Origin: Microcoleus sp.
GTDB lineage: Bacteria > Cyanobacteriota > Cyanobacteriia > Cyanobacteriales > Microcoleaceae
Assembly: GCA_042408215.1 (NCBI GenBank)
Contig: JAYFMW010000006.1
Location: 704,001 to 768,000 of the forward strand
Direction of reading: 5' to 3'
Length of the DNA stretch: 64,000 nt
This document shows positions 1 through 8,908 of this stretch, one piece after another. Both the position numbers and the translations under genes were made by a program. A model generated the notes under the pieces. It had not been told where the DNA came from, made no database searches, and was given only the letters and a program-made list of their open reading frames with translations. How positions within the stretch are numbered: the first letter of the stretch is position 1; every line of letters starts with the position of its first letter.

Positions 1-64
1 CCCCCCTTCTCCCCTTCTCCCCTTCTCCCCCTCTCCCCCCATCCCCACCCTTCCCCTTCTGCAA

Positions 65-1035
65 ATGAACTCCAAAAAAATTTTCATAACGGGTGCAAGT
101 GGCTGTATTGGTCACTACATGACCGAAACTTTAATTCAACAGACAAACCACGAACTTTACTTATTAGTTCGCAACCCCGACAAATTAAAATTTAACTGGA
201 AAGCCCGCCCAGGAATCAACATATTGCAAGGCGATATGCGAGATATCGAGCAATATGCCGAACTTCTAAAAACAATAAATGTGGCAATTTTGGCTGCGAC
301 TGCTTGGGGCGGAACTCAAGAAGTTTTTGATGTTAATGTTAACAAAACTCTCCGCCTGATTCAGTTACTTTCACCGCAGACTTGTCAACAAGTAATTTAT
401 TTTTCAACCGCCAGCATTCTCGGCAATGATAATAACTTGCTCAAAGAAGCTGGGGAATTAGGAACAGATTATATTCGCTCGAAATATGAGTGCATGACCA
501 AGCTATCTGAGTTGACAAAATGTGCCTCATATTACAGCACTTTACCCAACTTTAGTGTTAGGAGGAGATACCAAATAAACCAGTTTCTCACCTTTCATCT
601 GGCATTCCACAAGTAGCAAAATGGATTGGTTTGATTCGTTGGTTGAAAGCAGACGGAAGTTTTCACTTCATCCACGGGGCTGATATTGCCACAGTCGTTA
701 ATTATTTTGTCGAACATCCGGCAGATTCCGATGAAACGCGACATTTTGTGCTAGGAAATGCCCCGATTACGGCGAACGAAGCGGTAGAACAAGCTTGCGC
801 TTATCTTAATCAAAAGATATTTTTTAGGATTACTCTGTCACCGGGATTAGCCGATTTCTTTATTTGGCTGTTCCGAATTCAGGTAGCTGCTTGGGATAGA
901 TTTTGTATCAGCTATCGCCATTTTACTTATCAAAATTTTGTTAATCCCAAAATCCTTGGGCTGCCGAGTTATTGTGGCACAATTGCCGATATGTTAAAGA
1001 CTAGCGGGATTCCGGGAAAAGATATTAAAAGTTAA
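65..1035 (+). CDS. NAD-dependent epimerase/dehydratase (extended SDR), split by two apparent +1 indels
   Basis: TGASGCIG Rossmann motif and YIRSK catalytic motif. Removing one A near 516-520 and one near 573 joins ORFs 65-616 and 631-1035 (...ELTNVPHITALYPTLVLGGDTNKPVSHLSSGIPQVAKWIGLIRWLKADGSF). Confidence 0.8.
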
Positions 1036-1178
1036 AGTATTTTTATTTTGTCAAGGAGATTGTCGCCGATCGACAGTCAAATAGGATAAGATGTCAGGAT
1101 TATGCCTTGGGAGTCGATCGCACTTTCAATTCGCCAGCCCGATCGCAAGTCTTATACAGATGTGAGGTTTAACATACA

Positions 1179-2771
1179 ATGCGAGTTCTACTGGTTTATC
1201 CCCTGTTTCCCAAAACATTTTGGTCTTACGAGAAAATTCTCGAATTGGTCGATCGCAAAGTGCTACTACCACCGCTGGGTTTGGTAACGGTAGCAGCTAT
1301 TTTACCACAAGAATGGGAATTTAAGTTAGTCGATCGCAACATCAGACAAATCACAGAAGCAGAATGGGAGTGGGCCGAACTTGTCATTCTCTCAGCAATG
1401 ATTGTCCAAAAAGAAGACTTGCTAGACATCATTCGCGAAGCCAAACGGCGCGGTAAATCAGTTGCTTGCGGCGGCCCCTACCCCACTTCCGTACCCGAAG
1501 AACCTCAAGCAGCGGGCATAGATTATCTGATTCTCGACGAAGGCGAAATCACCTTACCGATGTTTGTCGAAGCAATAGGGCGCGGCGAAAAAAGTGGAAT
1601 GTATCGATCGGACGGCGTAAAACCCGATGTTACCACAACCCCCGTTCCCCGCTTCGATTTACTGGAATTAGACGCCTACGACTCAATGTCAATTCAATTT
1701 TCGCGCGGCTGTCCATTCCAGTGCGAATTCTGCGACATCATCGTCCTCTACGGGCGCAAACCGCGCACCAAAAACCCCCAACAACTAATCGCAGAATTAG
1801 ACTACCTTTACAACTTGGGCTGGCGGCGCGGCGTATTCATGGTAGACGACAACTTTATCGGCAACAAACGCAGCGTCAAACTGTTGCTAAAAGACTTAAA
1901 AGTTTGGCAAGAATCACACAAATTCCCGTTTACTTTCAACACAGAAGCATCCATCGATTTAGCACAAGACCAAGAATTGATGGAAATGATGGTAGCTTGC
2001 AATTTCAATGCAGTGTTTCTAGGGATTGAAACTCCCGACGAAGAAAGCTTGCAAATGACGAAGAAATTCCAAAATACCCGCAATTCCCTGATAGAATCAG
2101 TAGAGTTGATTGCGAAAACTGGTTTGCGAGTAATGGCCGGATTTATCATCGGATTTGACGGCGAAAAACCCGGTGCCGGTCAGCGAATTGTCAAGTTTGC
2201 CGAAGCAGCCGCAATTCCCAGCACAACCTTTGGAATGCTGCAAGCTTTGCCACACACTGCATTGTCCCACAGACTAGCAAAAGAAGGGCGGTTGCGCGAC
2301 AAATCGGGAAACCTCAACCAGACTACTTTGATGAACTTCATTCCGACGCGGCCACTAGAAGATATCGCGAGGGAATATGTCCAAGCATTTTCTGATGTGT
2401 ACGATGCTGAGAAATATTTAGACCGCACTTATCGCCATTTCTTAATGTTAGGTGCACCGACAGCCAAGATACCTGCTCGAGTTCCGAGTTTGATCGATTT
2501 GCGAGCACTGTTAACTGTGGTTTGGCGGCAAGGAGTTAAGCGCAGCACTCGCTGGAAGTTTTGGCATCATTTGTTCAACATTCTCAAGCGGAATCCTGCG
2601 GTTTGGGATCATTATTTGACTGTGTGTGCTCACAACGAGCATTTTCTGGAATACCGTCAGATTGTGCGGGATGAAATTGAAGCTCAATTGGCTGAGTTTT
2701 TGGCTAATGAGTCTCAGACAGTGTATCAAGAACCTGTTTCTGTTGAGGAAAAGGAAGTGCAAGTGGTTTAG
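1179..2771 (+). CDS. B12-binding radical SAM protein (DUF4070-type C-terminus)
   Basis: PPLGL cobalamin-binding N-terminus and CPFQCEFC (CxxxCxxC) motif. Confidence 0.9.
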   Translation: MRVLLVYPLFPKTFWSYEKILELVDRKVLLPPLGLVTVAAILPQEWEFKLVDRNIRQITEAEWEWAELVILSAMIVQKEDLLDIIREAKRRGKSVACGGPYPTSVPEEPQAAGIDYLILDEGEITLPMFVEAIGRGEKSGMYRSDGVKPDVTTTPVPRFDLLELDAYDSMSIQFSRGCPFQCEFCDIIVLYGRKPRTKNPQQLIAELDYLYNLGWRRGVFMVDDNFIGNKRSVKLLLKDLKVWQESHKFPFTFNTEASIDLAQDQELMEMMVACNFNAVFLGIETPDEESLQMTKKFQNTRNSLIESVELIAKTGLRVMAGFIIGFDGEKPGAGQRIVKFAEAAAIPSTTFGMLQALPHTALSHRLAKEGRLRDKSGNLNQTTLMNFIPTRPLEDIAREYVQAFSDVYDAEKYLDRTYRHFLMLGAPTAKIPARVPSLIDLRALLTVVWRQGVKRSTRWKFWHHLFNILKRNPAVWDHYLTVCAHNEHFLEYRQIVRDEIEAQLAEFLANESQTVYQEPVSVEEKEVQVV

Positions 2772-2940
2772 GGTTGGAGAATTCAACCGCAGATGAACGC
2801 AGGTAAACGCAGATGAATGTAAGATTGTCTGCGTTTATTTTTTGTTAGACTTAGTTTACTGACTCAATCTCCGTATGTCTATAATGATAACTGTGGTACG
2901 ATCGACTCGAACAACTAATTTGCGACGCGGGTGTGAGTAA

Positions 2941-3387
2941 GTGATTCCAGAATTCGATGAAAACGGCAATCTACCACCGGGAGTTCATTTTTGTGAATGG
3001 GAGGAGTTTGAGGAGAGATTTGGCACGACTGTTAAAAGAGAGAACATGATACTGGGCTTGAAACTGGCAATGACCCAGTTAAAAGCAGCAGGTGCTAGAA
3101 CTATCTATATTAATGGTAGTTTTGTTACCAGTGAAGAAACCCCTAATGATTTTGATGCTTGTTACGATCGCGAAACTGTAGATAGGGAGTATTTGAGAAT
3201 TAATGCTCCTAGATTGTTTAATCATTACGATCGAAATGCCCAAAAAGCTAAGTATCGAGGGGAAATTTTTCCATCAGACCAACCTGTAGGCAATTACGGC
3301 GACAATTCCTTTGAATTTTTTCAAAAGGATAGAAGACACAGGAAGAAAGGAATTATAGGGATAGATTTAATGAGGTGGGAACCATGA
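2941..3387 (+). CDS. Minimal nucleotidyltransferase-fold protein (DUF6932-like)
   Basis: GNLPPGVH start and NGSFVT...PNDFD, the GS..DxD nucleotidyltransferase motif. Confidence 0.7.
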   Translation: MIPEFDENGNLPPGVHFCEWEEFEERFGTTVKRENMILGLKLAMTQLKAAGARTIYINGSFVTSEETPNDFDACYDRETVDREYLRINAPRLFNHYDRNAQKAKYRGEIFPSDQPVGNYGDNSFEFFQKDRRHRKKGIIGIDLMRWEP

Positions 3388-3903
3388 TTAAAGATGAACT
3401 AGAGTATGAAGTTAGCAAAGAATGGGTAGAGAAAGTTCAACAAAACTATAGCAGCAATGGAGCGAGATGAAGAAGCAAAAAGAAAAGACTTTCTCAAGTG
3501 GGATGCAGGTCGAGGTTCGATCCAGTGTCATTTGGATCAATTGCATGAAGAAATAGCGGAATATGAAAGATTGATGGCGTGGGACAAGAGCAAGCCGATC
3601 GAAATTGTAGTTGAGAATTTTAATAAACTGTCAGAGGCTTTAATTAAAGCTCGGATGGCTGCCAAAATGAGTGAGGAAGAACTAGCGGAAATTTTGGATA
3701 TTGACCCAGAACACATCAAGGAACACGAGAAAAAAAAATATCTAAATGCTAGTTTGAGGGAAATTCTTGATATTAGCTTGGCTTTGGGTTTGGAGTTTAA
3801 AACTGCTGTGATGCAGGTAGATTTTGAGGAAATAGAGGCTATTAAAGAATCAGCAGAAAGATGGCGCAAACGAAAAAGGGAGAAGGCAAGTAAAATGGCC
3901 TAA
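3384..3903 (+). CDS. XRE-type HTH protein, partner of the NTase; apparent +1 frameshift near 3433
   Basis: ATG at 3384 overlaps the upstream stop (ATGA). MIKDELEYEVSKEWVEK joins FNKTIAAMERDEE after removing one A. HTH segment LIKARMAAKMSEEELAEIL. Confidence 0.7.
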
Positions 3904-4116
3904 AGATTTGGATGATTTAGTCAATAAAATTGCTGAATATGTCGGCTTTGTTGGCTGTGGATTAGATAAGGCGATCGATCTTTCATTTTAGGCGGTCATC
4001 AGAAACAAGAAAGGGCGATCGATCCAGGTTGAAAAAATAGTAAGGGCGATCGCACTATCCGTGCAATCATCGCATTAGAATAGTGGAAATAGAATAAGAT
4101 TGTGAGCGGTCAACAA

Positions 4117-4347
4117 ATGGCACAAATTACCACAACAGAATTACCCCAAACCCTCCAGACTCTATTGATAGAGGTCGAACGTACCAAAACCCCTCTAACC
4201 GTCATCCATGAAGGAAAAGCATTAGTAATTATTTATCCTGCGACCACCCAAACTCTACGTCCCAGCTTTGGCGCAATGAAAGGAAGCGGTGAAATATTAG
4301 GAGATTTAATTGCTCCTGTCGCCGAACCGTGGGAGGTTTTAGAATGA
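4117..4347 (+). CDS. Phd/YefM-type antitoxin
   Basis: Small ORF ending RPSFGAMKG...DLIAPVAEPWE, with ATGA overlap into a PIN toxin gene. Confidence 0.75.
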   Translation: MAQITTTELPQTLQTLLIEVERTKTPLTVIHEGKALVIIYPATTQTLRPSFGAMKGSGEILGDLIAPVAEPWEVLE

Positions 4348-4733
4348 AACTTTTACTGGATACCCACATTTGGCTGTGGTATTTACTCGGCGACCCGCGC
4401 CTATCGCGATCGCTTCAAACGGCGATCGCCGATTCTAACACCGAACTTTGGCTGAGTCCAATTAGCATTTGGGAGACACTCATCCTTGCAGAAAAAGGAC
4501 GGATATCTTTACAGCCAGATCCTGTAACATGGGTTAACTTAGCTTTAAAAACTTTGGAAACTCGTGAAGCCCAAATGAATCACTCCATTGCGATTTTAAG
4601 TCGCGAAATTGCACTGCCTCATCAAGACCCCGCAGACCGATTCATTAGTGCCACAGCTATTTACTATGGCTTAACATTAGCTACAGTTGATGCCAACCTT
4701 ACAGGCAATTCGGCACTACAAACACTCGGTTAG
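4344..4733 (+). CDS. vapC: VapC-family PIN toxin
   Basis: LLLDTH, SIWE and HQDPADR PIN motifs. Confidence 0.9.
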   Translation: MKLLLDTHIWLWYLLGDPRLSRSLQTAIADSNTELWLSPISIWETLILAEKGRISLQPDPVTWVNLALKTLETREAQMNHSIAILSREIALPHQDPADRFISATAIYYGLTLATVDANLTGNSALQTLG

Positions 4734-4763
4734 GCAATAGCGTAATCAAGCCATACAACTTTA

Positions 4764-5204
4764 CTATCCTCTAATTGCTTGTTCTGCTGCTCTCTCAAAT
4801 TCATCGCATTTGTTGATCAGGGTTTGAACAATCTTGATGAAGTAATTGATATCCAGTAAACTGATTTCTGCATTGTGCATTATCGAAAAAACCTGCCTTC
4901 CACCAATTTCCTCTAGACACCAAAACCCAGTTTTATACTTACTACTCTCCTTAAGAAGATATGACGAAAGTTGATGAGGAATATAATCAAAACTATCAAA
5001 TTTTAAACCGCTCGGACAAGAAAACTCCAAGGTTGTGTCGTATCTCAAGATAAACACTGTCTGCGTACTTCCCGAAGCCATGTTAAATTTTATGACTGCC
5101 TTGTTAGAGTTGATGTCAGCAATTCTCCAGCCAATTTGATTGCAATATCCTCTGACTGTTGCCTGAAAGTTGTTATACGAAAACAAATCTTTTTCAATTG
5201 CCAT
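4764..5204 (-). CDS. Hypothetical protein, possibly YbjN/T3SS-chaperone-like fold
   Basis: 146-aa ORF with a strong RBS (AGGAGGAG). The beta-rich centre and C-terminal helix (KCDEFE) resemble YbjN proteins. Confidence 0.5.
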   Translation of the reverse strand: MAIEKDLFSYNNFQATVRGYCNQIGWRIADINSNKAVIKFNMASGSTQTVFILRYDTTLEFSCPSGLKFDSFDYIPHQLSSYLLKESSKYKTGFWCLEEIGGRQVFSIMHNAEISLLDINYFIKIVQTLINKCDEFERAAEQAIRG

Positions 5205-5336
5205 CTACTCCTCCTAAAGTTAATGATAGTTATGAATGTAAATTACATGACAGTAGATACCTGATTGGCTGGCAAGGGATAATCTTGCCAGTTGTGCTAG
5301 TTTTGGCTAAAATTTATCAGCATTTAGGTTGACTGT

Positions 5337-5678
5337 CTAAACAAACCATATACTATCAACTGTTTTACCTCCTATACCTATATCAACTCGGTAGGTTTCT
5401 CGAGAATATTGGAATTCTCTCCGTGCAGCAGTTATATCCCCATTACCCTCATAACTTGTTCCTCTATTGTTTCCAAGCCAAGTAACCACTTTATCTACAG
5501 TAGCTTCAAAATCTTCATGAGCTTTTTTAGGCAGTTCAGGTGATGTTACTTTACTTTTTAACCCTTGGACCACAGCGACAGCTTCGCTATAAGTTGGGGG
5601 CTGAGAAAATTGTTGGTCTGATGTGGCTATATTTTCTCTATTCTTTTGCAATTGAGCATAGAATCTATATGTACTCAT
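5337..5678 (-). CDS. Hypothetical protein
   Basis: 113-aa ORF with GGAG RBS; no recognisable motif. Confidence 0.6.
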   Translation of the reverse strand: MSTYRFYAQLQKNRENIATSDQQFSQPPTYSEAVAVVQGLKSKVTSPELPKKAHEDFEATVDKVVTWLGNNRGTSYEGNGDITAARREFQYSRETYRVDIGIGGKTVDSIWFV

Positions 5679-5903
5679 GTCTTACTCCCTTGAATCGAGT
5701 TACTCTCGTAAATATTTCTCTTATTTTCCTTACAAATCAAAGCTTTGTCTACCCCCCAAATGCTCGATTTTGTTAGCAATTTTGTTGGCTACTCCAACTC
5801 CCCCTGTGTGAAAAATGCCAGAAAATGTTGGGAAATGCCAGAAAATGTTGGTAAATGTTCGGTATAATACGCAACCAATCCCAGACATCCACCCGACTGC
5901 TGC

Positions 5904-7283
5904 ATGAATCTTAAGGAAGTGTTAAAAATGGCTGACGAGATGGTGTTTGCTAAGACGGGTGAAGCATCTCGATAACTTACAAGAGGCAATCCTGCGCGGG
6001 ACTCTGGCAAGGTGAGGACATACACCCAGATTGCCAAGGAAGTTAAGCACTCTGACTGAGAGCTAGTGTCAGGGAGGTAGGACTCGAAGTTATGGCAGAT
6101 ACTTTCAGAAGAGTTAGGGGAAAAAGTTAAGAAATCAAATTTTCGAGCAGCAATGGAGAGGTTGCAAATTCAATATTTTCACATTTTGCACAAGAAGACG
6201 CTGCAAATTGGTAGCGTTAACTATCTGTGGAGAGCAGACACCAGAGATCCAAACTCACATCCACCAAATCAAGAAACATCTAACCCAAAACAAACCAAAA
6301 CTCTACATCAAGATTTAAGCGAAATGCCAGAGTTGGGTGATTTCTTCGATCGCACCCCTCAACTCCAAACCCTCACAACCTGGATTCTACAACAAAACAG
6401 CCGCCTCATCACCCTCACAGGCATCAGCGGCATCGGCAAAACAACCCTAGCAGTAAAACTCGTACAACAAATTAAAGACGAGTTTGAGTACGTTATTTGG
6501 TGCAGCATAAACGCATCCCACACCCTAGATGAATTTCAACATAAACTAATACAGTTGTTTTCCCAGTCAGAAAAACAAGATTTATCCCTAACAAACCAGA
6601 AACGCTTACCCCTAATTAAATATTTACAAAACCATCGCTGTTTAGTAGTCTTGGATGACGTTCACAACCTTTTCTGTAGCGGCGAATCGGCAGGAAAGTA
6701 TAAACCAGACTACGAAGAATATCGCTCCCTATTCAAACAGATAGAAAAATTATCCCATCAAAGTTGCTTTCTGCTAATCGGTTGGGAACAACCGAGAGAA
6801 GTGACTCAATTTAAAAACCCAAATACTCCCATTCGTACCTTACAACTCAAAGGTTTAGACATCGCAGCCGGACGGGAAATCCTGAGAGATTGTGGGTTAG
6901 AAGAACTCGACAACAGTGAAGCACTCATTCAGCGCTATGAAGGCAATCCGCTATGGTTAAAAAGTGTGGCGAATCTGATTCAAGAGTTGGGAATCGGCGT
7001 GACAGAATTATTACTAGATGATACCATATTGTTGCCGGAAGATTTGAAAGATGTTTTACAGCAGCAGTGCGATCGCACTTCCGAACTCGAACAACAAGTT
7101 ATGTCATTGTTGGCGACAGCAAACCAGCCAGTCAACCTAGCAAAATTGCTAGAAAAAGGACAAATATCATCATCAGATTTACTCAACGCGCTCCAATCTT
7201 TATCGCGGCGTTGCTTCATCGAAAAACAAGAAAATCTTTACACTTTGTCACCTGTACTGAAGCAGTATATCAAAGGGTTGTAA
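5904..7283 (+). CDS. NB-ARC/STAND ATPase with N-terminal helical domain and C-terminal wHTH; 5' part frameshifted
   Basis: GISGIGKT Walker A, LVVLDDVH Walker B and GNPLWL. The N-terminus MNLKEVLKMADEMVFAKTG(K)HLDNLQEAILRGTL can be read from 5904 across several extra bases. Confidence 0.75.
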
Positions 7284-7299
7284 CTGATATTGGGGGCCA

Positions 7300-7364
7300 G
7301 AAACCGGGTTTTTTACGAAAATATTTCGTTCCCGCCCGCAGATTCGGTAAAAAACCCGGTTTCT
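7300..7364. repeat. REP-like palindromic element GAAACCGGGTTTTT...AAAAACCCGGTTTCT
   Basis: Inverted arms; further copies at 11487-11630. Confidence 0.8.
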
Positions 7365-7484
7365 TTGCGGGCGAGTTCGTAAGCCCTGTATTAAATAGAT
7401 CGAGAGGGCGATCGCACCTCCCAACCGAGGCTTTTTTCCGACTGCTGTCGATCATGTAGGTTAATTAAAACTTCATTAATCTCA

Positions 7485-8906
7485 CTAATTAAGTACCGCG
7501 ATCGCAGTCAAACCCCATCGATTTTTATTTTTATCAAACCTTTTGACAACAGCAAGATTAACTGTTTGATCATTTTGCAACTGAGAAGCTAATTCATGAG
7601 GAACATGAACATCCTCTACAAACCCAAAACCCTTTTGATGCAAGCGAAACCGACCTGTTTTACAAGACATACTATCAAATAGTTTGCCCGATTCGCGTTT
7701 CTCAACAGCAACCACCGTTAGCCGATCGCCATTCTCATCAACAGTCACTATCACCGGCGCGCCCATTAGCAGATTTAAATTCTTCAGCATTCCTCGTTCT
7801 GGACTAACAACTTCTTCAGATACACTATCAGAATGCAATCCAAACTTGAGCATCATCTTGCCAGTTTTTGCTGTAAACGAGCCGAGGTAGTTAGCATTCA
7901 ATTGCGGGCAATTTTGCCAAATCACCTTTTCGGCATCAGCAGCTATATTTTCTAACACTTCCTCTGCGTTAGATATATTTCCAGCACCAGCATACCAACT
8001 AGCAGTCAAGAGATTACGGAGCGATTGGGGGATTTTCCATTTGTTACTGTTACGAACATTAAAAGCTCGATCGGCAGCCCATTTAGCAACTTTCTCTTGG
8101 CCTCTATTTGCTGCGAGTCGGCTGAGATCCTCAAAAACGCTAACACCAAAATTTTCATCCCTGCAAGTCAAACAGGCTTTTGCACAAAGTGCCAACGCTA
8201 GTTGAGGATCGGAAGTTTCCACGACTTTAGCTAATGCGTGCCACGCCCAGTAATCGCTACGCTTCTGCTTCACAAAGGAAACCAGAAGTTTTTGAGCTTC
8301 TGTCGATCGCCCCAAACGATTTAGCAATAAAGCCTTACGATAATTTAGCCATTCCGGTTTTTGAACTTTAGCGCGATCGAGTGCAACATCGATCAATGTA
8401 ATGGCAAAATTTTGTAATTCTCGTGTATCAGGATAATCTTGAACAGTCAATTCACAAGCAATCTTTCCTACTTCCCTTGCTGTTTTCTCAACCAGCGAAT
8501 CAAAAACTTTACCATCATTAGCAGTAGAAACCTGAAAGTCTTCCGCTTGAAAACTATCAACACCAGCCCATTTTAGGAACTTTGGTAAAAACTTGATTTG
8601 CTTTGGAAATCGTAGAATTTGGGATAGCAAACGACTAAATAGCAAATCCGGTCGATTCAGCTTGAGTTTGTAATATTCTCCCAATATTTCCTTGAGTTGG
8701 CTAACAGACGACTCTGCATCTATCGATTGAGATTGATTAGCCGTATCTACCAGCTTTTTTACTTTGTCATAGAGAACCCAACCTACACTGCTAGCCAGGA
8801 ATTTGTCGTTTGGATGCTGTTTCAGCAGTTCGTAACCTCTGGAATAGGCTTCATCTATCCGTCCAGCTTTTCTCAAATTTTTGATTTCTTCTGTTAAATT
8901 CGACAT
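7485..8906 (-). CDS. TPR protein with C-terminal S1/CSD (OB) domain (DUF7017/TOTE-like)
   Basis: LRKAGRIDEAY...GWVLYD N-terminus, TPR helices (YWAWHALA) and a C-terminal KGFGFVEDVHV cold-shock-like motif. Confidence 0.7.
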   Translation of the reverse strand: MSNLTEEIKNLRKAGRIDEAYSRGYELLKQHPNDKFLASSVGWVLYDKVKKLVDTANQSQSIDAESSVSQLKEILGEYYKLKLNRPDLLFSRLLSQILRFPKQIKFLPKFLKWAGVDSFQAEDFQVSTANDGKVFDSLVEKTAREVGKIACELTVQDYPDTRELQNFAITLIDVALDRAKVQKPEWLNYRKALLLNRLGRSTEAQKLLVSFVKQKRSDYWAWHALAKVVETSDPQLALALCAKACLTCRDENFGVSVFEDLSRLAANRGQEKVAKWAADRAFNVRNSNKWKIPQSLRNLLTASWYAGAGNISNAEEVLENIAADAEKVIWQNCPQLNANYLGSFTAKTGKMMLKFGLHSDSVSEEVVSPERGMLKNLNLLMGAPVIVTVDENGDRLTVVAVEKRESGKLFDSMSCKTGRFRLHQKGFGFVEDVHVPHELASQLQNDQTVNLAVVKRFDKNKNRWGLTAIAVLN

Positions 8907-8908
8907 TT

